A DNA stretch of 64,000 nt from a plasmid, in sequence record NZ_CP081674.1; one strand, written 5' to 3'. Under the pieces are notes generated by a model, which saw only the letters and a list, made by a program, of their open reading frames with translations, did not search any database and had not been told where the DNA came from. Shown here one piece after another: positions 40,129-49,209 of the stretch. Both the position numbers and the translations under genes were made by a program. The stretch's first letter is position 1, and each line of letters begins with the position of its first letter.

Positions 40129-40554
40129 GTGGACAAACCCGAGAATCTCGCCGACCCAGCGCCCCCGTCTGGCCCCGCCCGCCTCGATTTCTTCGTGCGC
40201 AGACGGTCCGCTCAGATGCGCATCAGCCCTCGTGAGCTGGCGCGCCGCGGCGGCCCCAACCGGACAACCCTGCACAAGGCAATAAATGGAACAGGCCGAC
40301 TGCGGGAATCAACTCTGACTCGGATCGACACCGCGCTGGGCTGGGCAGAGGGCTCGGCAGCACGGATTCTCGCCGGAGGAGTGCCCGAAACCCGCATGGC
40401 CGCAGTCCAGACCGATGAACTGGTCACCACCGTGATCAGCGCGGCGTTGACCATGCTCGGCGACGCCACCGACCTGCTGGTCAACACTCAGACCCTGCTG
40501 CAAGAACTGGTGACCGACGACGAGCCCCACGTTGCTGTTACCGGGGGTGCATAG
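40129..40554 (+). CDS. XRE-like HTH regulator
   Basis: The HTH is MRISPRELARRGGPNRTTLHKAINGTG. It is divergent from the T4SS operon. It resembles the repeats of the tandem-HTH protein at 57764-58501. Confidence 0.45.
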   Translation: MDKPENLADPAPPSGPARLDFFVRRRSAQMRISPRELARRGGPNRTTLHKAINGTGRLRESTLTRIDTALGWAEGSAARILAGGVPETRMAAVQTDELVTTVISAALTMLGDATDLLVNTQTLLQELVTDDEPHVAVTGGA

Positions 40555-40556
40555 GA

Positions 40557-41369
40557 GTGTCGACCGCGATCTATACCTTCGCTGAAGAACGCCGCGCGTG
40601 GATCGCCGCCCACGCGGGCATCTTCCTCTTTCAGAAGCGCCGCGCAGAACTGCTCGGCAAGGCTATTCGCGCCCGTGATCGCCAGCGGCTCGGCGTACGG
40701 CCCGACCCTCACGACGACGACGTGACACCGCCCCTGGTTTTCCGTCAAACCTCAACCGCCACCGGAGGGTTCGAGACAGCCATCGTGGTGGCGTGCGCCG
40801 TCTCAGCCCCGTTGGCCTGGCCGCTGGGGCGGCTCCTCTACGGGTGGATCACCACGTTGATCCCCGATCGACTGCTTGGCTATCCCATTCCAGCGCTGCT
40901 GGGCACCGCGGCACTGTGCGGACTACCGCTCCCGCTGTTCTATGACCCTTCGCCCAGCGTGTGGGCCGTCGTTGTCACTCCGTGGCTGCTGGCACAACTG
41001 CCGGCGGTGTTTCTCGCCGCCGGGCTCTATGGCGTCCTGGAGGGCTGGCTTGCCGTCGATGGTTCCAGCCACTGGTGGCCCCTGACTCCCGTCGCCGCGC
41101 AACTCGACGACGATCTGTTTCTGGGCGGCCGCGACGTCGCCATGCCCACAATCCTCGACCCCCCGGACCGCGCCGAACCAGCGCGACGCAACCCGCTGTC
41201 CATGCCACGCATCAGCACGCCCGCCATCCGCTGGATTCCCTTGCTCGTCACCGGAATCCCAATCACGCTCGGTATCACCTGGTACCTGTGGCAGGTTGCC
41301 GCAGCGCTGCTCTCACTGCCTTCAGAACTTCTCCAAACCAACTACCCGCCTGCCAGCCCCTACCTCTAG
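40557..41369 (+). CDS. integral membrane protein
   Basis: The 270-aa product has multiple TM helices. Confidence 0.45.
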   Translation: MSTAIYTFAEERRAWIAAHAGIFLFQKRRAELLGKAIRARDRQRLGVRPDPHDDDVTPPLVFRQTSTATGGFETAIVVACAVSAPLAWPLGRLLYGWITTLIPDRLLGYPIPALLGTAALCGLPLPLFYDPSPSVWAVVVTPWLLAQLPAVFLAAGLYGVLEGWLAVDGSSHWWPLTPVAAQLDDDLFLGGRDVAMPTILDPPDRAEPARRNPLSMPRISTPAIRWIPLLVTGIPITLGITWYLWQVAAALLSLPSELLQTNYPPASPYL

Positions 41370-41473
41370 CCCAACGCCCCCAAACACCGGTTGAGGGACG
41401 CGGATAACTCAATAAGCAAGCCAGTCACCGCATTTCACGCAACCCCACCACCCTCAGAAAAGGCGCCCTATCC

Positions 41474-42217
41474 ATGTGGAGCAAAGTATTCGGATCCAGC
41501 GCTGCAGCTGAACTCAGACGAGCCCGCATCTTCTTCTGGGCCGTCATCCTGCTGTCCAGCGCTACCTCCATCGCGGGCAACGGTGCACACACCTGGGTAG
41601 CTACCGATGTCACCATTCCTCGTGAGCTGGCCACCGCCGTCGCGGTGGCACCACCGGTTTTTCTCATTCTCTGCATCGAAGGCATTGCTGCTCTGATCCG
41701 TACCGTGTACCAGGCGACGTGGCTGTTCTGGGCGAACGTCGTCATGACGGCGATCCTGGCGATCTTCGCCTGCGTCCTCTCCTTTGAGGCATTGCGCGAC
41801 TTAGCAATCGGCGCAGGAATCCCCCGTGAAATGGCGTTCATGTGGCCCGTCATCGTTGACGTGGCCACCGCCATTGCCACATCCTCCGTCGTCTACTTGT
41901 CACGATTCCGCGAAGGTCGGCTACCCGAGGTGAACGTCGAGCAGAGCATCGAGGAGCCCGACGAACTGTCGGATCCTTCAGATAACGAATCCAGCGCGAC
42001 CACCATCACACTGCGTGAGGAACACGCTGAACGTGCCGCCACCATCCGCTCGCGCCGTAGGCTGCGCAAGTCCACCGACGAAGTCCAGCGAGTTCTGGCG
42101 CTGTCGGACAACGGAAAAACCGTTGACGATATCGCAGCCATCACCAAGATGACCCCCGGTACTGTTCGTCGCATCCTCGGAACCGACCGTGCAGTTGCTG
42201 CACTCCACGAGGCGTAA
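41474..42217 (+). CDS. DUF2637-family membrane protein with C-terminal HTH
   Basis: The N-terminus has 4 TM helices (WAVILLSSATSIAGNGAHTW...). The C-terminus reads DNGKTVDDIAAITKMTPGTVRRIL (HTH). The family is typical of actinobacterial plasmids and conjugative elements. Confidence 0.5.
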   Translation: MWSKVFGSSAAAELRRARIFFWAVILLSSATSIAGNGAHTWVATDVTIPRELATAVAVAPPVFLILCIEGIAALIRTVYQATWLFWANVVMTAILAIFACVLSFEALRDLAIGAGIPREMAFMWPVIVDVATAIATSSVVYLSRFREGRLPEVNVEQSIEEPDELSDPSDNESSATTITLREEHAERAATIRSRRRLRKSTDEVQRVLALSDNGKTVDDIAAITKMTPGTVRRILGTDRAVAALHEA

Positions 42218-42291
42218 GTGCGCTATGTCGACGGCAATTCGATCATGCGCGGGGATGTTGAAATGTCAGACCGGAGAGGGAGAATCAGGCC

Positions 42292-42786
42292 ATGAAGATC
42301 TTCGATAGTGAGCCGCGCAGTGAACGGCTGATTCGCGCGCTGGCCGCTGCCGGCGGCTGCGCGATCTTCGTTGTATTTGTACTGGCAACGATCAAGCTGA
42401 TCGCTTGGCTGCAATCCTCCGCGTCGGCGGTCAGCACGTTGAATGCGGTGATCGCTGGGTTTGCATTGTGCGGATTGGTCGCCGCAGGATTGATCGCTCG
42501 GCACATTTTCGAGCGAGGATCGTCTGGGGCACGCCAGGTCGGTGCGTTACTCACGGATACGGCACCAGGACAAATCTTCGGCGGACTCATCGGTCTTGTC
42601 CTCGCCATCGGCTCGATCTCTACTATGGCCGACGCACAAGGATGGGCGTCATGGTTGGTGTCGGTCTTGTCGACAGTGTTCTGGGCCGCGGTCGGTCTAC
42701 GTGGACTGCGGAGCGGCTGGCGGCAATGGGCTTCCCATCGCGAAGCCTTGCGCAATGGGCCTGCGATCGAACGCATTCCGGAATAG
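42292..42786 (+). CDS. integral membrane protein
   Basis: The 164-aa product has 4 TM helices. Confidence 0.45.
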   Translation: MKIFDSEPRSERLIRALAAAGGCAIFVVFVLATIKLIAWLQSSASAVSTLNAVIAGFALCGLVAAGLIARHIFERGSSGARQVGALLTDTAPGQIFGGLIGLVLAIGSISTMADAQGWASWLVSVLSTVFWAAVGLRGLRSGWRQWASHREALRNGPAIERIPE

Positions 42787-42841
42787 CTCCGCCGAACGGC
42801 CCCAGACCGCGTAACCCACGTGGCCGAATACCCCTAAGGAA

Positions 42842-43351
42842 TTAACCGGGCTGTCCATCCTCGTTGCAGTCGAACCGCTCGAAGGCGTCACGCTGGATTT
42901 CGACGTAGTGCCCCGCGATCACCTGAACCAGCAACCGGTCGATCGCGTCGGGTGTATTCGTCGGACCAGTCCTCGAAGGGCTCTCCCACGACCAGTAGTT
43001 CTTACCTCCCCGGCACCACTCGAGATGCGAACTCGGGGTCTCGTAGGGCCGACCGCCGGGCAGCTTCGCCTGCAGGTACTCGAGAACGTCGTCAGCGGTC
43101 AGGGCGTTGGGCCCAGCGTGCGGAACCTGCCACACATCCACCCACGCACCGTTCTCACGGTTCTCCCGGGTTTCGAGGACCGAACCGGCAGGCAACTCGA
43201 TCGGTGCTGGAGCTGCCACTGGCGGCGGTGTCACCGTTACCGTGACCGTTGACGTAGGTGGAGCCGACGGATTGCTACCACACCCACTCAACGCCAACAT
43301 GGCCACTGCTACGGCCGAGAGACGTCTACACCGATGGTCCCGCAACACCAT
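42842..43351 (-). CDS. lipoprotein
   Basis: It has a signal peptide with the lipobox LALSGCGS, followed by a Pro/Thr/Val-rich linker. Confidence 0.5.
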   Translation of the reverse strand: MVLRDHRCRRLSAVAVAMLALSGCGSNPSAPPTSTVTVTVTPPPVAAPAPIELPAGSVLETRENRENGAWVDVWQVPHAGPNALTADDVLEYLQAKLPGGRPYETPSSHLEWCRGGKNYWSWESPSRTGPTNTPDAIDRLLVQVIAGHYVEIQRDAFERFDCNEDGQPG

Positions 43352-43449
43352 TGGCACACGATAGCCCGAGGAACAACACAAGGTCGCCAGTTCAACGGGG
43401 CCCGGCGCAGAGCGCAGCTGCAGCTGCCTGCAAAGCTCCCAGTCCGGTT

Positions 43450-43929
43450 TCACCCGGCCGCGGTGTCGCTCGATTCTTTCCCATCACTGACCACGAAGCA
43501 CAGGTCAGGATCGGTGAACATGCCTCGGGGGATGTCGTCGTTCTTGGCCGCCCGCAGCTCTGGGATGCCATCAGGTGGCCCCCATGTCCCAGCTGCGGCG
43601 CTAGCACCTTCCCGCTCCACAACGCCTTCCCGTTCGGCCCAGGTCTGTCTGTCGATGTCGACGAGAATCCGCAGCCACGCAGCGTTGCGCTCCTCGACGC
43701 TGTCGAAGCACCGCGTGCCTACTCGTACCTGCGTCTCATCGAGGCTCTGATACACGAGCTCATCAAGGCTCTTGGTGTCAGTGAGCGGCTGGGTTTGGAG
43801 CAGCTCGATCGACCAGGCCAGCCATGCACCCGCCCCGAGGGCCAGCGCCAATCCAGCCGCCCATACCCAGTTAAACTTCCAGCGCCGTTCGCTGGCGTCG
43901 GACTGGTCGGTTTCGTCCGCGACCACCAT
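43450..43929 (-). CDS. membrane-anchored hypothetical protein
   Basis: It has one N-terminal TM (WVWAAGLALALGAGAWLAW). It makes an ATGA overlap with the lipoprotein gene. Confidence 0.4.
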   Translation of the reverse strand: MVVADETDQSDASERRWKFNWVWAAGLALALGAGAWLAWSIELLQTQPLTDTKSLDELVYQSLDETQVRVGTRCFDSVEERNAAWLRILVDIDRQTWAEREGVVEREGASAAAGTWGPPDGIPELRAAKNDDIPRGMFTDPDLCFVVSDGKESSDTAAG

Positions 43930-44100
43930 GTGTTGTACCCCCGTACATTTGACTCTATGGACGCCACGGCACATCGGTGTGCAGGGCCTAGCTGGAAGCT
44001 AGCCCCCCATAGATCTGCCTGCGCTGTCAAGGCGGCACGCCGCATCTCGGCGCGGCCATGCCCAACTGCGGTGTTGTATGCCCGCCGCGGCTAACCCTGC

Positions 44101-44787
44101 CTACTGCGAAACCGACTTCAATGCCAGGTCCAACGCCACCAAGGCCAGCGCACCGCCCGCAGAGAACAGGAACACCAGCGCCCATCCGACCGCTTGGTAT
44201 TTGCGTCGCGCGACGCATGCGTTCGCCCAAACTTGCTGGCCCAGTTGGCTCAAGAGATCATCGGGCGACAACACAAGTGTCCGCAGTTCCTTCACGTACT
44301 CGGTCGACGACTGCGGATGACGACGGGCGATGTGGTCGAAGTACAACGAACTCGTTGGAGTCTCGTTGCTCGCCAGCCGCGGCCAGAGCGCCACGATCGC
44401 TCCCGCCGCAGCGAGCACAATCAGCAACCCGCACAGCGGAGCCGCTAACCTCAATAAGCAGTCGAACTCGGTCTGTTCTTTGACAAGGTTGTACAGGACT
44501 CCGCCCATCACACCGGCCGCGGCCAACGTCGCCGCGGACTTCGTCTCAGCGTGCTTGACCCAGTCATTGACCAAACTCACCGCCTTCCATGCCTCTGCCG
44601 CATCGACAGCAGGATCGGCCGGAGGATCGACTTCTTCGCCGTCACCGGAATTCGACATGGCGATGAGAATAGCGACCCCCAAAACATGCTGAATGACAAA
44701 ACCGAGGATCCTGATGTGTTCCGTTTGCTGGAAGATCCCTCGCAGCCCGACGCCAGGCCATACCCTTTCCATCTGTAGCGCAACCAA
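44101..44787 (-). CDS. multi-TM protein with a conserved cytoplasmic loop (possible 2TM/SLATT-like effector-type protein)
   Basis: It has three hydrophobic helices and a loop [52 protein letters not shown]. The start is uncertain (possibly the internal MSNSGDGEE). Confidence 0.4.
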   Translation of the reverse strand: MVALQMERVWPGVGLRGIFQQTEHIRILGFVIQHVLGVAILIAMSNSGDGEEVDPPADPAVDAAEAWKAVSLVNDWVKHAETKSAATLAAAGVMGGVLYNLVKEQTEFDCLLRLAAPLCGLLIVLAAAGAIVALWPRLASNETPTSSLYFDHIARRHPQSSTEYVKELRTLVLSPDDLLSQLGQQVWANACVARRKYQAVGWALVFLFSAGGALALVALDLALKSVSQ

Positions 44788-44828
44788 CGCTGGATTCGGG
44801 GTCGACGATTCGGCACAGTTGCGGTCTC

Positions 44829-46679
44829 ATGTTGTTGGAGGATCAGTGGTTGCTGGTGGGCCTCATGGGCGGTAAGGCGCGGGTGCACGAGCTTGCGAAA
44901 GAGCTCGGCGTCACCAGCAAGGAACTCCTGGCGAAACTCAGAGAGCAGGGCGAATTCGTCAAGTCCGCCTCATCGACTGTCGAAAGGGCATCCGCCGACC
45001 GGTTGCGGGCGCACTTCGGGAACAGACAGCCCAGCGGCCATCAACACCGTCAGAGTGACGATCAGCAGTCGCCAGGTTCAGGCCGGCGTGGTCAGCGAAC
45101 CGTCCTCATAACGCCGCCCCACAAAATCAACCCACCTGCGCCGCCACCCCAGTTCACAGAATCCCAACTGGCCGACCTGCGCAGGGACTATCGCCAAGCC
45201 TATGCCGCCAAGGATTTCGGCCCCGCGATAACTGGGGTCTTGACGCAATACCAACAGCTGTACCGAGTTTCCCGCTCCGCACTGCGCGACGCCATGACAG
45301 AGGACAAACGTCGCAACGTGGCCGTCTACACGGCGCTGCGACTCTCACGCAACCCCGAAAAACCCGCACGCTCGCGCAGAACGGTTCCGCAGTCGGTCCC
45401 AGCCAAACGCCGCGACGAAACCCCTCGTGCACACCCACCGCAGCCACAGGCGCCTACCCGAGACCCTCGCCCCCGTACCCGCAGCGCTGGGCTGCCACCG
45501 GCCCGAGCAGATATCCACAAGGTCGCCATCGCCGACATCGTCGTGAAAGCAGACACCGCACGCGACATCGAAAAGATCGCCATCGATCTCGTACCGTTCG
45601 ATCCAGACGACTCGGCCGACTACGGATTTCTCGCGTGGCGATACGCCACAACCCACCAACACCCGGCCCAGCCACCGGCCAGATCCGCCGGCGATGAGCT
45701 CGCCAGCGTTGCGCGTGTCGTTGACAATGCCAAGCATCGACTCCACCAGCTCCACGAAAGCGCCGGCCGCATTCTCGAACACCCCAACCTCGTCCCACGC
45801 GCCATTGAAGGCGGCTTCACTGACCTATTCGACCCCGACGACATCGGCCGAACAGCATCCGATGACCGTCGTCGGGTCATGGCCAAACACGCCTTCCTTC
45901 AACGCGCCGTACTCCTGGTCATTGCCAATCCCCAATGCGCAGAACGGTTGTGGGGCATGCTTGATGCGCTGCAACCACCACCGCAACACCAACTGTTCGA
46001 AACCACCCCGCTACTGCGGTCGGCGATAGAAGCACTCACTCGTGAGCTGTCGGCAGTCGAAGCCCTACTGTTGTCCGACGAGACCGCTCTTGAACACTTC
46101 GTCCACCGATCGCACGCAGAACTGACCGACCTCCATAACGGCCGATTCGACTACTTCCAACAATTCCGGGATGCCGGCGCAACCTCGGCAACCACGCGCC
46201 GCGTCATCTCCGGACTCCCCTTTACCGTCCTGCCCCAGGGCGTTCATCTGCGCACGTTTCTCACCGACCTACGCACCACCAAGCGGTACCACGGGCACCA
46301 CCTGGACGAGAACCGCCTTACCGTTCTAGAGGAACTCCAAGAACACTTCGGCGCTCACCGGTGCATCTGGCATAAGGGCTCTGTGACGTCTAACGGCGTC
46401 GACAACCGGTACCTTGTCTTGTCGATCGCTTCGGCGACCGGACCCGACGAAAGTGCCGTCGCCATCAGTCCCTTGGCCGGTGAACACGCCACCTACGTTG
46501 TGCGCCACGGATGCGCAGACGCACACTGGGCGCGGATCTTCGAGTTAACCAAGGAAGAGGCGCGCCAGCACGGCGCGCGGCGGCTGTACTTCCGCGGTGA
46601 CGCCGACCAGTACACCGACATGCGGGACAAGATCATCTCGATCCTTGAAGGCGATCCTCGCGACTTCTACAAGCATTGA
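44829..46679 (+). CDS. hypothetical protein with IF2-N-like N-terminal domain
   Basis: The N-terminus [36 protein letters not shown] matches the IF2_N / Rho-N-like nucleic-acid-binding motif. The rest of the 616-aa product is unrecognised and Pro/Arg-rich. Confidence 0.5.
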   Translation: MLLEDQWLLVGLMGGKARVHELAKELGVTSKELLAKLREQGEFVKSASSTVERASADRLRAHFGNRQPSGHQHRQSDDQQSPGSGRRGQRTVLITPPHKINPPAPPPQFTESQLADLRRDYRQAYAAKDFGPAITGVLTQYQQLYRVSRSALRDAMTEDKRRNVAVYTALRLSRNPEKPARSRRTVPQSVPAKRRDETPRAHPPQPQAPTRDPRPRTRSAGLPPARADIHKVAIADIVVKADTARDIEKIAIDLVPFDPDDSADYGFLAWRYATTHQHPAQPPARSAGDELASVARVVDNAKHRLHQLHESAGRILEHPNLVPRAIEGGFTDLFDPDDIGRTASDDRRRVMAKHAFLQRAVLLVIANPQCAERLWGMLDALQPPPQHQLFETTPLLRSAIEALTRELSAVEALLLSDETALEHFVHRSHAELTDLHNGRFDYFQQFRDAGATSATTRRVISGLPFTVLPQGVHLRTFLTDLRTTKRYHGHHLDENRLTVLEELQEHFGAHRCIWHKGSVTSNGVDNRYLVLSIASATGPDESAVAISPLAGEHATYVVRHGCADAHWARIFELTKEEARQHGARRLYFRGDADQYTDMRDKIISILEGDPRDFYKH

Positions 46680-46768
46680 CCGTGGACCGTGGAGGCTGTT
46701 CGCCAGTCAGGTTCCCGGTATTTTGTCCGCGTAGCCGAGCAATCGTTTTGGCAGATGGGTGGGGCGCG

Positions 46769-47497
46769 ATGGATGGCAACTACAAGAGCTACGACTGGGT
46801 TGCCAGCAGTGCCCGGATCAAGGAGATTCTCGATCAGCCGGCCGGGCAATTTATTGAAACCAACGACTTGCCTAGCCGTGACAAACTCACATACACGAAC
46901 GGGTTCTACGGGCGATGCTCAGCTGTCTTCATCGATATTCGAAACTCATCAGGACTCACACAGAAGTACAAACGCCCTACTTTGGCCAAAATCTATCGCT
47001 CCTTCATTTCCGAAATGGTTGCGGTACTGAACGGCCATGAGAAAGTCAGAGAAGTCAACATCGTTGGTGATTGCGTGTGGGCCGTGTACAACACACCATT
47101 GAGATCCGATATCGACGGAGCCTTCGCCACGGCATTCAAGGCGAATACTTTGGTCAAGTTGCTCAACAAACAGTTCGCCAAGAAGAGCCTTGACCCGATC
47201 CAGGTCGGTATTGGCGTGGACTATGGCCGTGTCCTGATGATCAAGGCCGGCTACAGTGGGAGCGCCATCAATGATGTGATCTACATGGGAGATGTCGTCA
47301 ACCGAGCTGCGCATTTGGCGCATAAGGCTGGACGTAATTACCTAGACCCAATATGGGTCGGCCCGGACTGCTACGAAAATCTCAACGACCACAACAGCGG
47401 ACTCGTTGCGCAACAATGGGATTTCGAACTCGGCACCGTTTACACCGGCAACGTCGTGCTAACCGAAATGAACACCTGGATAGACGAGAACTTCTAG
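46769..47497 (+). CDS. minimal class III nucleotidyl (adenylyl/guanylyl/pyrimidine) cyclase
   Basis: It has the metal-binding Asp motifs FIDIRNSS and VGDCVW, and a transition-state/N-R motif GDVVNRAAHLA. Its GC is about 50% against about 66% in the flanks. The start is ATG at 46769, after a GGTGGGG RBS-like site. Confidence 0.6.
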   Translation: MDGNYKSYDWVASSARIKEILDQPAGQFIETNDLPSRDKLTYTNGFYGRCSAVFIDIRNSSGLTQKYKRPTLAKIYRSFISEMVAVLNGHEKVREVNIVGDCVWAVYNTPLRSDIDGAFATAFKANTLVKLLNKQFAKKSLDPIQVGIGVDYGRVLMIKAGYSGSAINDVIYMGDVVNRAAHLAHKAGRNYLDPIWVGPDCYENLNDHNSGLVAQQWDFELGTVYTGNVVLTEMNTWIDENF

Positions 47498-47562
47498 GCA
47501 CTACCAACAGTGTGAGTGTTTATATCGGCTCAATCCACCGCCCCTGAACGCTGCTCACAGCT

Positions 47563-49209
47563 TCAGTTCAGGTATGCCTGTTCGGCGGGGAATGTGACGG
47601 TCTCCAGATCCACGCCGAACCGCTTGGTGCTCAGATGCAGCATCCGGCCGCGCTGGTCGATCCGGATATCAGGGTCGTAACCGTTGCGCACGCCCACGGC
47701 AACCGAGATCGGCGCACCGGGGTAGGGATTGGTCCGGCCGTGATGGACCACCATGGTCGGCGGGCGGGTCGGCTGCGCCGATGGATTACCCGTGGTCCAG
47801 ATGCGAGAGGAGCCGGCCGACATGGTCCAGCGACCCTGATGGTCGTAGACGGCCACCAACTCTCCTGACGCAGTGGCTCGACGAATCAGCTGGCGCACAA
47901 CAAGGTCCGAGGCATTGACCGCGATCCTTGTCGGCTGCGCCGGGTCGGAAAGCGGCATCAGAACCATGCCGTCGCGTACACCTCCGACGAGAACGCCCGA
48001 GGGGCCTACGCCCACAACCTCGTCGAGCTCGGTCCCCAGGTCCGCTGTAGGAAGGTCTGTCAGGCGATCAGCGCCTGGCATGGTGCGGATCAGAGATTCC
48101 CACTGCCGGCCGGAGAACCGGCGCAGCGTCGCTGCTGGTGTCGTGCGCATCGGACGGGCCGTGGTGTAGCGAACTGTGGCCCCGACCCGGACGCCGCCCG
48201 GGCGGCGACGCAACGCCACGACAAGGCAGGTGTGGTCGGCGTCGATCGCCCAGACATCCTCCAGTGCCTCAGCAGTCAGGTGTTCGGCCGGGAGGTAGAA
48301 CCCCGTGGTAAACCCGTGTCCGGGTTGGTGCAACGCTGTCCATCGGTCGGCATAGGACGCAGCCAAGACCTCAGGGCCGCCGACGCTTGCCGCAGTGCTC
48401 TCGCGCATCTGCGCAGCGGTCAGAATCTCAGCGCGGCAGTTGGCCTGGCGTAGCGCTTTGACGATGCGCTGGGTAGCCGCGATCGCAGCGGTGACGGTGT
48501 TAGGCCGCCACAGAAGTCCTGTGGTGGTGTCGGCGGCATGGGTATCGAGCCGGATCACCATCGTTGCGGTGCGCTGACCCACGGCAGCGCGGCGGCGCAG
48601 GAAGGCTGCAAAGGCCTCCGAATAGCTGTCGTTGGCGGTGCGTCGGCCTTCGCTCACGATGTCTACGTCCACACCGAGTCCGGCCCGGTTCATCTCTGCG
48701 GCAACCACGCTGAGCGGCACCGTGTTTGGTGTCTGGGCGGAGTCGGGCTTCAGTAGTGTGGGCATGTAGGGCTTGCCCCACAATGCCACCATCGTGACCA
48801 CGGTGTGTCCGTCGATCAGCACCCCAGTGCGGTCGCCTTCGACATGCACATCGGTGAAGCCGTCCGTACGGACGTCGACCCGGCGATCCTCGCCGGGTAC
48901 GCCTGACCGCTGCTGCTGGGCACCCGACGATTCAGCCGAAGCCGGGCTTGCAGGCTTCGCCGGCTCGGATTTCGGCGTGGGGACAATCCGATGGGTCCGC
49001 CGCCGCATCCACCGCCCGAGCCGCAGCGCCCACTGCCACGCGGTCAGATCGCGGACCTCGACCAAGCACACCAGTACAGCCAACAAGACGGCCACACCGA
49101 AGGCGACAGCCAGGCTGACCCTGCACACAATCAACAGCAAGGCGATGACTGCAGCGGTTGATTCAGCGGCTACCACGGACCGCTTCGTCACCCGAAGATT
49201 CACAACCAT
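47563..49209 (-). CDS. eccE: ESX secretion system protein EccE
   Basis: It has two N-terminal TM helices followed by a cytoplasmic domain. It lies downstream of mycP as in ESX loci. The start is taken as MVVNL. Confidence 0.6.
   Translation of the reverse strand: MVVNLRVTKRSVVAAESTAAVIALLLIVCRVSLAVAFGVAVLLAVLVCLVEVRDLTAWQWALRLGRWMRRRTHRIVPTPKSEPAKPASPASAESSGAQQQRSGVPGEDRRVDVRTDGFTDVHVEGDRTGVLIDGHTVVTMVALWGKPYMPTLLKPDSAQTPNTVPLSVVAAEMNRAGLGVDVDIVSEGRRTANDSYSEAFAAFLRRRAAVGQRTATMVIRLDTHAADTTTGLLWRPNTVTAAIAATQRIVKALRQANCRAEILTAAQMRESTAASVGGPEVLAASYADRWTALHQPGHGFTTGFYLPAEHLTAEALEDVWAIDADHTCLVVALRRRPGGVRVGATVRYTTARPMRTTPAATLRRFSGRQWESLIRTMPGADRLTDLPTADLGTELDEVVGVGPSGVLVGGVRDGMVLMPLSDPAQPTRIAVNASDLVVRQLIRRATASGELVAVYDHQGRWTMSAGSSRIWTTGNPSAQPTRPPTMVVHHGRTNPYPGAPISVAVGVRNGYDPDIRIDQRGRMLHLSTKRFGVDLETVTFPAEQAYLN

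Noticed and set aside
46676-46768. TTG start at 46676 for the cyclase ORF (273 aa)
   Set aside because: The N-terminal 31 codons are high-GC read-through of the intergenic region. ATG at 46769 with an upstream purine-rich site gives a cyclase of canonical length.
44101-47497. Calling a complete Pycsar system (cyclase plus effector)
   Set aside because: No CNB-domain effector is adjacent or co-oriented. Only an orphan cyclase plus a distant divergent TM gene are present. This is kept as a hypothesis, not a call.
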